Assembly (NCBI GenBank): GCA_040217195.1
Contig: JAVJNR010000008.1
Coordinates: 352,001-416,000 of the forward strand
DNA from: Leptospiraceae bacterium
GTDB taxonomy: Bacteria > Spirochaetota > Leptospiria > Leptospirales > Leptonemataceae
Length of the DNA: 64,000 nt
Reading direction: 5' to 3'
Shown here in pieces: positions 29,573-38,297 of this stretch. The number at the start of each line of letters is the position of its first letter. Within the stretch, counting starts at the first letter, position 1. A program made the position numbers and the translations under genes. The notes beneath the pieces are model-generated. The model saw only the letters and a program-made list of their open reading frames with translations, was not told the origin of the DNA and ran no database searches.

Positions 29573-30208
29573 ATGAAACCAATTGAATTTGAGCCCCGAG
29601 AAAGGGCCTTTTTCGGTCCAGTAATCGGTCTGGACGAGGCGGGCCGAGGCTGTCTGGCAGGTCCAGTTTCCATCGGTTATACTGTTTTTTCCCCGGAATT
29701 CTTTCATTCCAGTCCGCCACCAGACCTTGCCCTGGTCCGGGATTCCAAAAGACTGTCCCGAAATAGAAGAGAAGTCCTGGTAGAGCCAATTCGAAAAGCC
29801 AGCCTGGCCTGCGGTGCTGTAATGGCATCATCCAGAAAGATCGACTCTGTGGGAATTAACCCTGCCATTGAAGATTGCATGATTCAGTCGGTAATACGTG
29901 CAATGCGAATTGTGAAACCGGCGGCTGTTCTGGTGGACGGGAACTACGCATTGAAACGCCTGAGAAATGAGTTCCCGGACTTGGCTGTTCATTGCATTGT
30001 GGGTGGCGACAATCTAGTCTTTTCCATTGCAGCGGCCTCCATTCTGGCCAAAGTACTTCGGGATCGGCGCATGGAGCGATTCGATCGATATTATCCTGGC
30101 TATGATTTCTCCCAGCATGCCGGGTATGGAACCGCAATCCATCGAAGTAAAATCCATGAACTTGGGCTCAGCGCTGTGCATCGAAAATCTTACAGACTTA
30201 AAAGCTAA
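29573..30208 (+). CDS. rnhB: Ribonuclease HII
   Basis: GLDEAGRGCLAGPV, DSKRL, LVDGN, SIAAASILAKV and HAGYGT. Confidence 0.96.
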   Translation: MKPIEFEPRERAFFGPVIGLDEAGRGCLAGPVSIGYTVFSPEFFHSSPPPDLALVRDSKRLSRNRREVLVEPIRKASLACGAVMASSRKIDSVGINPAIEDCMIQSVIRAMRIVKPAAVLVDGNYALKRLRNEFPDLAVHCIVGGDNLVFSIAAASILAKVLRDRRMERFDRYYPGYDFSQHAGYGTAIHRSKIHELGLSAVHRKSYRLKS

Positions 30209-30340
30209 TTCCGTTATTATTTAAAGCGAAGCCAGGTAAGGATGCATCGAATCATTCCGGCAGACCTCAGAAATCTCAGAATGTCCGGCCAGAACTGTAT
30301 GCTATAGAAATTCAGAAATGCCCCGGCCGCGAAGACAAGA

Positions 30341-31114
30341 ATGAAAGTTGAACTAAGCAATTTACCAGCCAGGCTACGTTTGCCCCTGATGGACATGCTC
30401 AAGTCCCTGGTTGGGCGAGAAATGCAGGGAAGAACCCTGGACTCTGGAATACCGGGTCAGGTAGTCCGCATGCAACTGGGCGGGCAAACCATTCGAGCAC
30501 TTCTTCAGGGCAGGGGAGTTCAGGAAGGACAGACACTTAACTTTCGAGTGGAGCAAAAGGATGGGCAGTTCTTTTTAAAACTTCTGGGAAAGGGGGAATT
30601 GGATCCTGCCGCTGAATCCAATTCAGCGCTCCGAGATTTTGTGATGAAGCTTGGAACCGAGCGACTTCAATTCTTTCAGAGTCTGGATGCACTAATGAAG
30701 TACTGGAAGCAAAAAAATCAAAGCCGACCCGGCCAGGACAGGGATGTGCAGACCGAGTCGGGACCCACAAAAGAAGGCACCCAGGGTACACAAAGCCAAT
30801 CTGCGGTTGTAGCGTCTGCAACCGGGGACTCCGAATCTGAGGAATGGACGGCACTGGCCTCTGTGGATGGGCCAGCTTTCTGGGCCATGACAGCTTCCCT
30901 GCCAGATCATCCTACAGCACTGTTTGTCTTCTACGCTGACACGGCGGAATATCTATCTGTTCGATTGTTGGTGGTACAACCGGATGATGATGCCCGAGCC
31001 GACCTGCAGAACCTGGTCGATCAGTATTCGGATCCTTCCATTCAAGATATTACTTTGCTGTCCAGATTTCCGGATCCTTCCTTCTTTCAGACAGGTCAAC
31101 TATGGGAGGCTTAG
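30341..31114 (+). CDS. Hypothetical protein, positional equivalent of FliK-like/YlqG gene
   Basis: N-terminal beta-rich domain (MQLGGQTIRA...GQTLNFRV...LKLL), low-complexity linker, located between rnhB and an FlhB-C gene. Confidence 0.45.
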   Translation: MKVELSNLPARLRLPLMDMLKSLVGREMQGRTLDSGIPGQVVRMQLGGQTIRALLQGRGVQEGQTLNFRVEQKDGQFFLKLLGKGELDPAAESNSALRDFVMKLGTERLQFFQSLDALMKYWKQKNQSRPGQDRDVQTESGPTKEGTQGTQSQSAVVASATGDSESEEWTALASVDGPAFWAMTASLPDHPTALFVFYADTAEYLSVRLLVVQPDDDARADLQNLVDQYSDPSIQDITLLSRFPDPSFFQTGQLWEA

Positions 31115-31267
31115 ACAGTGCAGCCAGGTATATTGCAACCAACATCTGCATCAGCAGATATACCAGTACCGGGCATCTCTGGCATCTAAAAACTTTGTAG
31201 CAATGAATCAGAATTGGTATAGCCTTAACGCCAGGGATTCGTAGGCTATAAACTTCAGGGTAACACC

Positions 31268-31534
31268 ATCGAACACGAAATCAAATACACGGCCGCCGCA
31301 CTATCATTTGATGAAGCCAACGACCTGGCACCCCGGCTCAGGGCCCGGGGAGACGGTGAGCTGGCTCATAAGATGGTACAGGTAGCCAGGGATCATGGTA
31401 TAACGGTAGTTCAGGATCCAGGCCTTGCTGGTTTCTTACAGGGCGTCGGAGTTGGCCAGGAGATACCCGAAAATCTGTACGTGGCAGTCTCCAAAATCTT
31501 TGCCTACCTATACAGTCAAAAGGGGAATAAATAG
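31268..31534 (+). CDS. Stand-alone FlhB C-terminal domain protein (FlhX/YlqH; EscU/YscU/HrcU switch family), absent from the ORF track
   Basis: Manual translation: IEHEIKYTAAALSFDEANDLAPRLRARGDGELAHKMVQVARDHGITVVQDPGLAGFLQGVGVGQEIPENLYVAVSKIFAYLYSQKGNK*. No ATG/GTG/TTG upstream of the conserved part; ATC 31268 proposed as start. Confidence 0.85.
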   Translation: MEHEIKYTAAALSFDEANDLAPRLRARGDGELAHKMVQVARDHGITVVQDPGLAGFLQGVGVGQEIPENLYVAVSKIFAYLYSQKGNK

Positions 31535-31692
31535 GCAGTAATTCAATAGTCCGATTACATTTACGGTAGCACTGTAACCGAAACATTGAAATAAAAGACG
31601 CAATCAGGACAGTACTGGGTTGCGATTCTATTGGAATATTGAGAAAAGGTCCCAACCACTGAGGTCTTTCCTGGAGATATCAGCTATCTTTT

Positions 31693-32892
31693 ATGCGCAA
31701 ACTTAAAGTAGTACAATTAAAACCCGGAATGGTCTTTGACGCACCGGTCTATATTGATCCGAACAATATACTCGTTCAGGCCAAGCAGGAATTGTCTCAA
31801 AAAGATATCGATCGTCTTAAGAAATGGGGCATTGAAGAAGTAGAAACCTCTGGTCAGCTCATAACGGCACCTGAATCTAAAGCCAGCACTTTCGATGCTC
31901 CGGAAGAGCCCACTCCAGTCTCGGCAAGCTTCTCCGCCGAGGCATTGCGTCTTCATAGTGAATATGAACAATTGCGCAAGAACAGAAATCAATTCCGCAA
32001 TCGACTGGCAGAGTATGGCAAGACCCTGGAAGCCAACTGGAAGCTTTTGAACGAAAAGAAGCAGTTTGATAATCAGGCCGTTCTAAAAGTATGCCAGGCG
32101 CTGGTGGAGGACATATTTGCGGTACCTCTGATCATTATTGCAGCCCGTCATACCCATGTATCTTCCAATCCACTGGTGGCTCATTCTGTTCATGCTGCCT
32201 GCTATGGAGTGCACCTGGGCAAGGCCCTGAACTTTTCCCGGCCCCGCCTTCAAGAAGTCTGCTTTTCCGTCCTGCTAATGGACTCTGGCATGACACGGCT
32301 GCCCATGGATTTGTACACATCCAAGACAGACCTGGAGGAACAGGAAAAGAATGCCATCCGTACGCATCCTCTAATCGGATACAGGATGCTTCTGAACGAT
32401 GCCAGGGTGAAGGCCTCCCTGGCCGTTGTAGCTCTCCAGCACCAGGAATCGTTCAATGGTAAAGGCTATCCGCAGGGCCTGTCCGGTGGCCAAATCGATA
32501 TAATGGCCCGCATCGCTCGCATCGTGGATACCTATTCAGCGCAACTAGAAGAAAGACCCTATCGACCGGCCAAGCTACACTACGATGCAATGAAAAACTT
32601 GCTAAGTCTGGGCACGGAACAATACGATCCAAAGCTTTTGCGTGCATTTCTGGGTTGCATGGGAATGTATCCTCTCGGCTCACTGATTGAACTCAGTACA
32701 GGTCAGATTGGCCTGGTGGTAGGAGCCAATGCAGAAAAACCCCTGAGACCGGTATTGCGACTGCTGCGGGATGAAAAGAAACTGCCTTATTCCGGCCTTA
32801 CCTTTTTAGATCTAATGGAATACACGAATGTATACATCGTGCGGGCGATTTCAGAGCAAGATGCAGAGCTGGAACTGGAACAGGAGATGTAA
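31693..32892 (+). CDS. HD-GYP domain protein (degenerate HD motif)
   Basis: HPLIG, HQE..NGKGYP, IVD, RPYR and LGCMGMYPLGS. The HD dyad reads MD. Confidence 0.85.
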   Translation: MRKLKVVQLKPGMVFDAPVYIDPNNILVQAKQELSQKDIDRLKKWGIEEVETSGQLITAPESKASTFDAPEEPTPVSASFSAEALRLHSEYEQLRKNRNQFRNRLAEYGKTLEANWKLLNEKKQFDNQAVLKVCQALVEDIFAVPLIIIAARHTHVSSNPLVAHSVHAACYGVHLGKALNFSRPRLQEVCFSVLLMDSGMTRLPMDLYTSKTDLEEQEKNAIRTHPLIGYRMLLNDARVKASLAVVALQHQESFNGKGYPQGLSGGQIDIMARIARIVDTYSAQLEERPYRPAKLHYDAMKNLLSLGTEQYDPKLLRAFLGCMGMYPLGSLIELSTGQIGLVVGANAEKPLRPVLRLLRDEKKLPYSGLTFLDLMEYTNVYIVRAISEQDAELELEQEM

Positions 32893-33008
32893 ATTACCTT
32901 AAATGGCCTCCTGCTGTCTCCATCGAACTTTATCTTGAACTAAACTGAAATCTTTCACCATCTGACAAAGGCTGCTGCAAGATTCCAGGACTGGAACGCC
33001 CGCGCGGC

Positions 33009-33037
33009 CCGGATTATCATTCAGAATCCGGTTCTTT
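33009..33037 (+). terminator. Putative intrinsic terminator downstream of the HD-GYP gene
   Basis: CCGGATT-9 nt-AATCCGG followed by TTCTTT. Confidence 0.4.
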
Positions 33038-33260
33038 GATTCAGACTTATTCATCGATTCAGCGCTTTCGCAATAAGTAAATCCTCAAACATCAGAAGCG
33101 AAATCGTGAGGATACTGGCTTTTGATCCGGCACTCGGATAGGAAGTGAAATAGAAACCGCAGAATCAATTCGCAGTGAATGTTGGCTTCTTACGTCGGAT
33201 TCCAGGGCCGGCACTGTCATAAAAAGCGAAACAGAAGACACAGATCCCACATCATTGTGT

Positions 33261-33689
33261 ATGCAAGACTCCGGATCATTCATCGCTCCTTACTTTCGCA
33301 CAGGTAGGCGAATGCGCAACATGGGAGAGTGGAAAGCCTGCAGATTTTTAAGAAGATTGGGCTACAGAATACTGGCCCATAATTACTGCAACGGTCGAAA
33401 TGAAATAGATATCATCGCAATGAGCCACAAAGAGAAATTCTATCTGCACATGGTGGAAGTAAAGGCCCATAATCATCCCTGGAAGCATCCGTTATCCTCC
33501 CAGACGAATCTACGTAGACATAAAACAAGGAATGTGGCACGTGCCTTTTTAATCGAATATGTCGCCTACCTGCGCCTGAGTGGACATAAAGCACTTGCTT
33601 CGGAACTGAATGAGCTTGACTGGCCCCTGAGCTTTGACTTAATCTGGGTGAAAAGGGATGGCCCGGAACTCTTCTCTTCGATTTTTTAA
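33261..33689 (+). CDS. yraN: YraN-family (UPF0102) PD-(D/E)xK nuclease
   Basis: GE..A...L...GYRILAHNY, EIDIIA, VEVK and FDLI. Start is 33261 or 33312. Confidence 0.85.
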   Translation: MQDSGSFIAPYFRTGRRMRNMGEWKACRFLRRLGYRILAHNYCNGRNEIDIIAMSHKEKFYLHMVEVKAHNHPWKHPLSSQTNLRRHKTRNVARAFLIEYVAYLRLSGHKALASELNELDWPLSFDLIWVKRDGPELFSSIF

Positions 33690-33814
33690 AGTGGGATGGG
33701 AAAGTTCTCAGCCAATTTTGCCCGTGGGTCGAATGTACTCTTGTCGGCCACGGAAATATAAAAAGAGTAAGGTCGATTTCCACGGATGGAAATAAACGTT
33801 ACAGGGAAGTAACA

Positions 33815-34012
33815 ATGAAAATACTCCTCGAACCGGACAAGGAAGTCCAGCGGGAGAAGTACGGACCGGACCCTGTCTTGCTGAGAAAGCAGGGCGTGGA
33901 TATGGCAACCCGTGACATCTCCACATACAAAGAAAAGATCGTAAACGATGACTACATGGAGCATGCGATCAACCGTATCGCGATGGAGCTTTCGCATTTT
34001 CTTGCGAAATAG
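33815..34012 (+). CDS. Small hypothetical protein (65 aa)
   Basis: AGGGAAG SD-like site, protein-like composition, amphipathic C-terminal helix YKEKIVNDDYMEHAINRIAMELSHFL. Confidence 0.65.
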   Translation: MKILLEPDKEVQREKYGPDPVLLRKQGVDMATRDISTYKEKIVNDDYMEHAINRIAMELSHFLAK

Positions 34013-35483
34013 AGTTCCAGTCGCTGTAGGTATAGCGTAACGCTTCAAGTATATGTGCCATCTGGATCCAGGCGGCCCCGGACATATCAGCTATGCTCCG
34101 GGCAAGCCGCCGGATTCGGTGACTTTTTCTGTTGCTCATATTTGAGGTCTCAGCACAAAACAGGTCCTTTGTTTGCTGATCGTTAAAGGCACAGAAATTC
34201 CAGTCCTCAATCTCTGAATTGTATCTTACTCCGGTTTGCCGGTACCTTTGTTCCTGGGCGTGCAGCAAATTCTGATACCATTCCAGAACCAGTTCCCTGG
34301 ATACAGAATCGGAATCACTTTCCAGAAATAGCTCAATATCCATTCTATCCTGAAGTGCACCCAGCATTCTGGCCTGATACTGCCTGATTGCTCCTGCATT
34401 ACATTGACAGATGCCTTCACTGGAACCGGCCATTCCACAGGGACAGGCATTGGCCGTAGCCATAAACCAGAATATACAGGGCAGTTGCTCTTTTTGAGCC
34501 CCCCGGGCAATGTGAACCTTTTGAGAATCCAGAGGCTCTCGCAGGGACTGCAAAACCTCTCTGCGAAACTCTCCCAGCTCATCCAGAAGAAGCATTCCAT
34601 GATTCGCCTCGGTAGTCTCTCCCACCTTTACGGGGCTTCCTCCTCCAATCATGGCAACACGTGTGATGCTGTGATGAGGCCTTCTAAACGGACGGTGTAC
34701 TTCTGAAGTCTTCTCGCTGCCATTCATGCGAAGAAAAATCTCTCTGCATTCCGTAGAGTCCGGTAATGGTAGCATCTCATAGATGAGATGGGCCAGAGTA
34801 GTTTTTCCCGATCCTGGAGGTCCCATACAGAGCATACTGTGCCTGGCTCCCGCAGAAGCCACCGCAGCACGCATGGCCATCCAATTATAATTACGATTTT
34901 TCAAGGAAAAGGGGGGAACCTGTTTCTGGTCCTGGCCCTCTCCAATGCAGATGACCGATGGATTATCCCGACTCTTCTGAGATTCAAGCATGGATGCAAC
35001 ATCCGTAAGATTCACCGGAGCAGCCGAACCAAATGAAGTGACGATCTGATCTGGATAATTTGCTGTCAGTGTATGGAATTCCAGGGTTCCAGCTACCGAA
35101 AGCATCCGGCCTGGCTGTAATAGTCTGCGAACGGAACCATCCAGGCTGAGTTTTCCCAGACAGGCCTGCCCGGCTCCGGAAAGCCCTGGTAGCGAGTAAC
35201 CAAGAGCTTTCAGCAGTACCACAGCCACTGGCAAATCCAGTAGTTCTTCAAGATGTCGGTCCACCTGGCCTTCTGCGTGCAGAGTGACATTCCGATGCTT
35301 CAATCGAATCCCATTCATTTGCAGAGCGCATACAACTCTCTCAGTGATTTCTCTGGCCCTGGATGGAGCAATGCCAGAAAAGCTGAACTCTGGAATTCCG
35401 GTCCGGACCACCACCTCCAGCGTGAGAACAACTGGATTTCCTGCACTGTTCAACAAAGGAGTCTGCAAGGATGCATATTCCAT
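33969..35483 (-). CDS. comM: YifB/ComM family Mg-chelatase-like AAA+ helicase
   Basis: LDLPVA, LSLDG, GPPGSGKT, PFRRPHHS, LLDELGEF, LREPL, NACPCG and R..RLARSIADM. Confidence 0.9.
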   Translation of the reverse strand: MEYASLQTPLLNSAGNPVVLTLEVVVRTGIPEFSFSGIAPSRAREITERVVCALQMNGIRLKHRNVTLHAEGQVDRHLEELLDLPVAVVLLKALGYSLPGLSGAGQACLGKLSLDGSVRRLLQPGRMLSVAGTLEFHTLTANYPDQIVTSFGSAAPVNLTDVASMLESQKSRDNPSVICIGEGQDQKQVPPFSLKNRNYNWMAMRAAVASAGARHSMLCMGPPGSGKTTLAHLIYEMLPLPDSTECREIFLRMNGSEKTSEVHRPFRRPHHSITRVAMIGGGSPVKVGETTEANHGMLLLDELGEFRREVLQSLREPLDSQKVHIARGAQKEQLPCIFWFMATANACPCGMAGSSEGICQCNAGAIRQYQARMLGALQDRMDIELFLESDSDSVSRELVLEWYQNLLHAQEQRYRQTGVRYNSEIEDWNFCAFNDQQTKDLFCAETSNMSNRKSHRIRRLARSIADMSGAAWIQMAHILEALRYTYSDWNSISQENAKAPSRYG

Positions 35484-35549
35484 ACTGCTAGATGTGTCAT
35501 CCGAAAGAAGCGTTGCCAAAAAAAGGGCCGGTCAGGATTCTGCATGGGC

Positions 35550-35951
35550 ATGCTTCCAGAATTTAGAAATAAAAAAGCAATCCTGGCTCTAATGCCATTG
35601 TTATTCGCCGCTTATTGCTCTTCTCCAATCCTGAAAACCGGTGAAACAGTTCAATGGAATCAGGAACTGGAGAAAACGGTTTATCGTGCAAAAACTGATA
35701 TTTTTCCTGAGTTCGCCAACCAGGCAGATAAAGACAACCCACTGTTTCCACGGGGAACTTTACTCAAAATCCAGGTAGAGAGCTCTCCGGACTGGGTCAA
35801 GATTCGAGCCCGGGAAGCTAAAAAGGAAAGAGAGAATACGCCAGGCCATGTGATTATGTACCTTTTCTCCGACGATGTGGATACAGAGAAGGGAAATGGT
35901 CGACAGCTTGTGGAGGAGCGGCTAAACCAGCTACTGAGTCCAGCCAACTGA
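35550..35951 (+). CDS. T2SS-associated lipoprotein
   Basis: Basic N-terminus, hydrophobic core and FAAYC lipobox; first gene of the gsp cluster. Start reassigned to ATG 35544/35550. Confidence 0.7.
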   Translation: MLPEFRNKKAILALMPLLFAAYCSSPILKTGETVQWNQELEKTVYRAKTDIFPEFANQADKDNPLFPRGTLLKIQVESSPDWVKIRAREAKKERENTPGHVIMYLFSDDVDTEKGNGRQLVEERLNQLLSPAN

Positions 35952-36075
35952 GCACTATCCCTTTCGGGGCCCTGGCCGTAGAACCAGATTGCAGAAAGAT
36001 CTTCAGGCGTATCGCCAGGCAGGAAACACTCAGGAATCATTGAATATGATGAAGCAAATGGTCGATAAAGCATCT

Positions 36076-37131
36076 ATGAGGTCTGCTGCGAAATGGGTAC
36101 TGGGCATCTTTCTGATTTCCGGTGCACTCCAGGCACATCCAGGAGCTGAACAGGGCCAGGACCTGATTGATGATGCCATTGAAAAGTACTTCCAGGGCAT
36201 TGAATCTACTAACTCTGTAGATCTGGATCAGAAAAAACTAGAACAAGCTTTTGGAAAACGGACCCCGGCCATCTTAATTCCAGAATCCATTGCCAGCGAT
36301 GAAGACCTGGAGAAGCAAAGCGATGAATCCTTCTCTTTTGCCAACACCTCGGATCTAAAAACAGAAAACTACACGGTTCAAAAAGGCGATACCTATTACT
36401 CAATTAGCCAGAAACTGGGCATCTCGGTGGCCCAGATAAAGACTTTGAATCCGGCTGTAGATCAAAATGACCTCAATGTAGGCCAGAAGTTGAAAGTTAA
36501 GGGCAGTCCGGAACCGGTAGAAAAGAAAGAAACCTACGTGGTCAAAAAGGGAGATACTCTGTACAAGATTGCCCAGGGGCAGGGAGTGTCGGTTGCCAGT
36601 ATTGCAGATTGGAACAAGATTCGCATTAACGATCCACTGAAAGTGGGCCAGAAACTGGTTATCATCAAGAAAGGACTGCCGGCAGGCTACTCCTATCGCC
36701 CGGTATTCATTCGTCCTATTGAAGGCAGACTCACTTCAGGATACGGAAAGAGACGAAACCCATTTTCCGGTAGTTATCATTTCCATAAAGGATTGGATTT
36801 TGGTGCACCCATGGGCGCAGAAATCAAAGCCTCCCGGGATGGCCTGGTTATCTATTCTGGTAGAATGAACGGATATGGAAACGTTGTTTTCCTTCGTCAT
36901 GCCGATGGATACCTTTCTGTTTATGCTCATGCACGGTTGAATCGAGTCAAAAAGGGCGACATTGTACGTCAGGGACAGGTAATTGCTGAAGTAGGTCGAA
37001 CTGGCGCTGCCACCGGGCCACACCTCCACTTTGAGGTTCGCAAAATGAAGAAACCCATGAATCCCTGGATAGCTCTTAAAATGAAAGAAGCTGTACCTGC
37101 CGGTACCAAAGAAGCCGCCTACAAAGACTGA
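36076..37131 (+). CDS. LysM-containing M23 family peptidoglycan endopeptidase
   Basis: Signal peptide, two LysM domains (YTVQKGDT, YVVKKGDT), HKGLD and TGPHLHFE Zn motifs. Confidence 0.92.
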   Translation: MRSAAKWVLGIFLISGALQAHPGAEQGQDLIDDAIEKYFQGIESTNSVDLDQKKLEQAFGKRTPAILIPESIASDEDLEKQSDESFSFANTSDLKTENYTVQKGDTYYSISQKLGISVAQIKTLNPAVDQNDLNVGQKLKVKGSPEPVEKKETYVVKKGDTLYKIAQGQGVSVASIADWNKIRINDPLKVGQKLVIIKKGLPAGYSYRPVFIRPIEGRLTSGYGKRRNPFSGSYHFHKGLDFGAPMGAEIKASRDGLVIYSGRMNGYGNVVFLRHADGYLSVYAHARLNRVKKGDIVRQGQVIAEVGRTGAATGPHLHFEVRKMKKPMNPWIALKMKEAVPAGTKEAAYKD

Positions 37132-37997
37132 TGTCCTATTTCCTTGCAAGACTGCAGAAGAATATCTTTCTTCTTTCCGTTGGCGCAGGGGCATTCCTGG
37201 GAGCGTCTCTCGCTTATTTGATCATCGTCTTTCTTTCCTCCCAGCTTGGCAGTGCTTCTGCCGATCCGCAGGCAGGTCCCGGGAACGGATCCAACCCGGG
37301 CCCCATAATCACTCCTCCGCCATCCCGACCGTTCGAAGATTATCAGGAAATCATTTCAGGGAATTTCTTTCGTGATTCGCCTGTAGTTAAAGGCGAAGAG
37401 GGAATTGAAATCGCGGAGATCAAACAATTTACTTTAATGGGCGTTCTGGCCGGATCCCCGGAATTTGCCAATGCAGCCATTCAACTGGAAGGGGAATCCG
37501 AACCTAACGAATACTACCTGGGCGAAGAGGTGGGGGGCTCCAAAATAATCAGTATATTCGCTGAAGGAATTGTGATTCAGCGTGGCGATTCCAAACTCAC
37601 CATTCGTGTAGGCGAATCCACCGGTACTGCAATTGAAAAGCAACAGGCCCAAAATCAAACGGAATCAGATCCCAATGCTACCAAAATAACCGTACAGAGA
37701 TCCAAAATACTGGAACTGGCCAACAACCAGGAGATCCTCTACGAAAACAAATTTGCTCCCATTACCAAAGATGGAAAGATCCTGGGACTTCGCTTAATCA
37801 TGGTTCCTCAGAGTAATATTCTCTATGAAATGGGAGCCAGAAGCGGTGACATTTTGAAAAGAGTGAACGGCCAACCTCTGGAAAAGCCGGAAAAGATGTT
37901 TCAGATCTGGCAATCAGTAAAGACCCAGGATAAATTCACTGTGGATCTGGAAAGGGGCGGCAAAAACATCCCCTACGAAATCATTATTCAAAATTGA
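37131..37997 (+). CDS. gspC: Type II secretion protein GspC (TM-HR-PDZ)
   Basis: N-terminal TM, HR domain (TLMGVLAG...AAI), PDZ (MGARSGDILKRVNG...ERGG); directly upstream of gspD. Confidence 0.85.
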   Translation: MSYFLARLQKNIFLLSVGAGAFLGASLAYLIIVFLSSQLGSASADPQAGPGNGSNPGPIITPPPSRPFEDYQEIISGNFFRDSPVVKGEEGIEIAEIKQFTLMGVLAGSPEFANAAIQLEGESEPNEYYLGEEVGGSKIISIFAEGIVIQRGDSKLTIRVGESTGTAIEKQQAQNQTESDPNATKITVQRSKILELANNQEILYENKFAPITKDGKILGLRLIMVPQSNILYEMGARSGDILKRVNGQPLEKPEKMFQIWQSVKTQDKFTVDLERGGKNIPYEIIIQN

Positions 37998-38297
37998 TTG
38001 GTTCCTTTCCTGTAAGACGACTCATCCAACCGGGCAGCCCGGTCCGGGCTATCCATCCAGCCGACCATCCAGGTACCAGAATCCTTTCCTTTTCGATGCC
38101 TTTATTTTAGCAGTTATGTCCATTATTCCCGGGATTTAATGAAATGATTACGCGAACCTTTGGCCTGGCGGACCACCCCCTGGAAGTGCTTTCCCTTTTA
38201 CTGAATTAACACAATTCATCGACCAGAATTAGTGCGCTACCGATTCAGAATTGGCACTGCCAAATCCGATAGATAGAAAAAGTCATCGGACAATCAA

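Noticed and set aside
31338..31655. 105-aa minus-strand ORF offered by the track
   Set aside because: It is antisense to the recognisable FlhB-C gene on the plus strand.
33106..33141. GTG-RILAFDPALG-stop resembling a RuvC/YqgF N-terminus
   Set aside because: Only 11 codons and no continuation recognisable in any frame; most likely chance.
36041..36068. GTCGATAA as a sigma28 -10 for the M23 peptidase (also GCCGATAT at 56923 and TCCGATAG at 38265)
   Set aside because: No adequately matching -35 element at the 11-nt spacing.
38251..38267. TTGGCAC as a sigma54 -24 element before gspD
   Set aside because: The required TTGC at -12 is absent.
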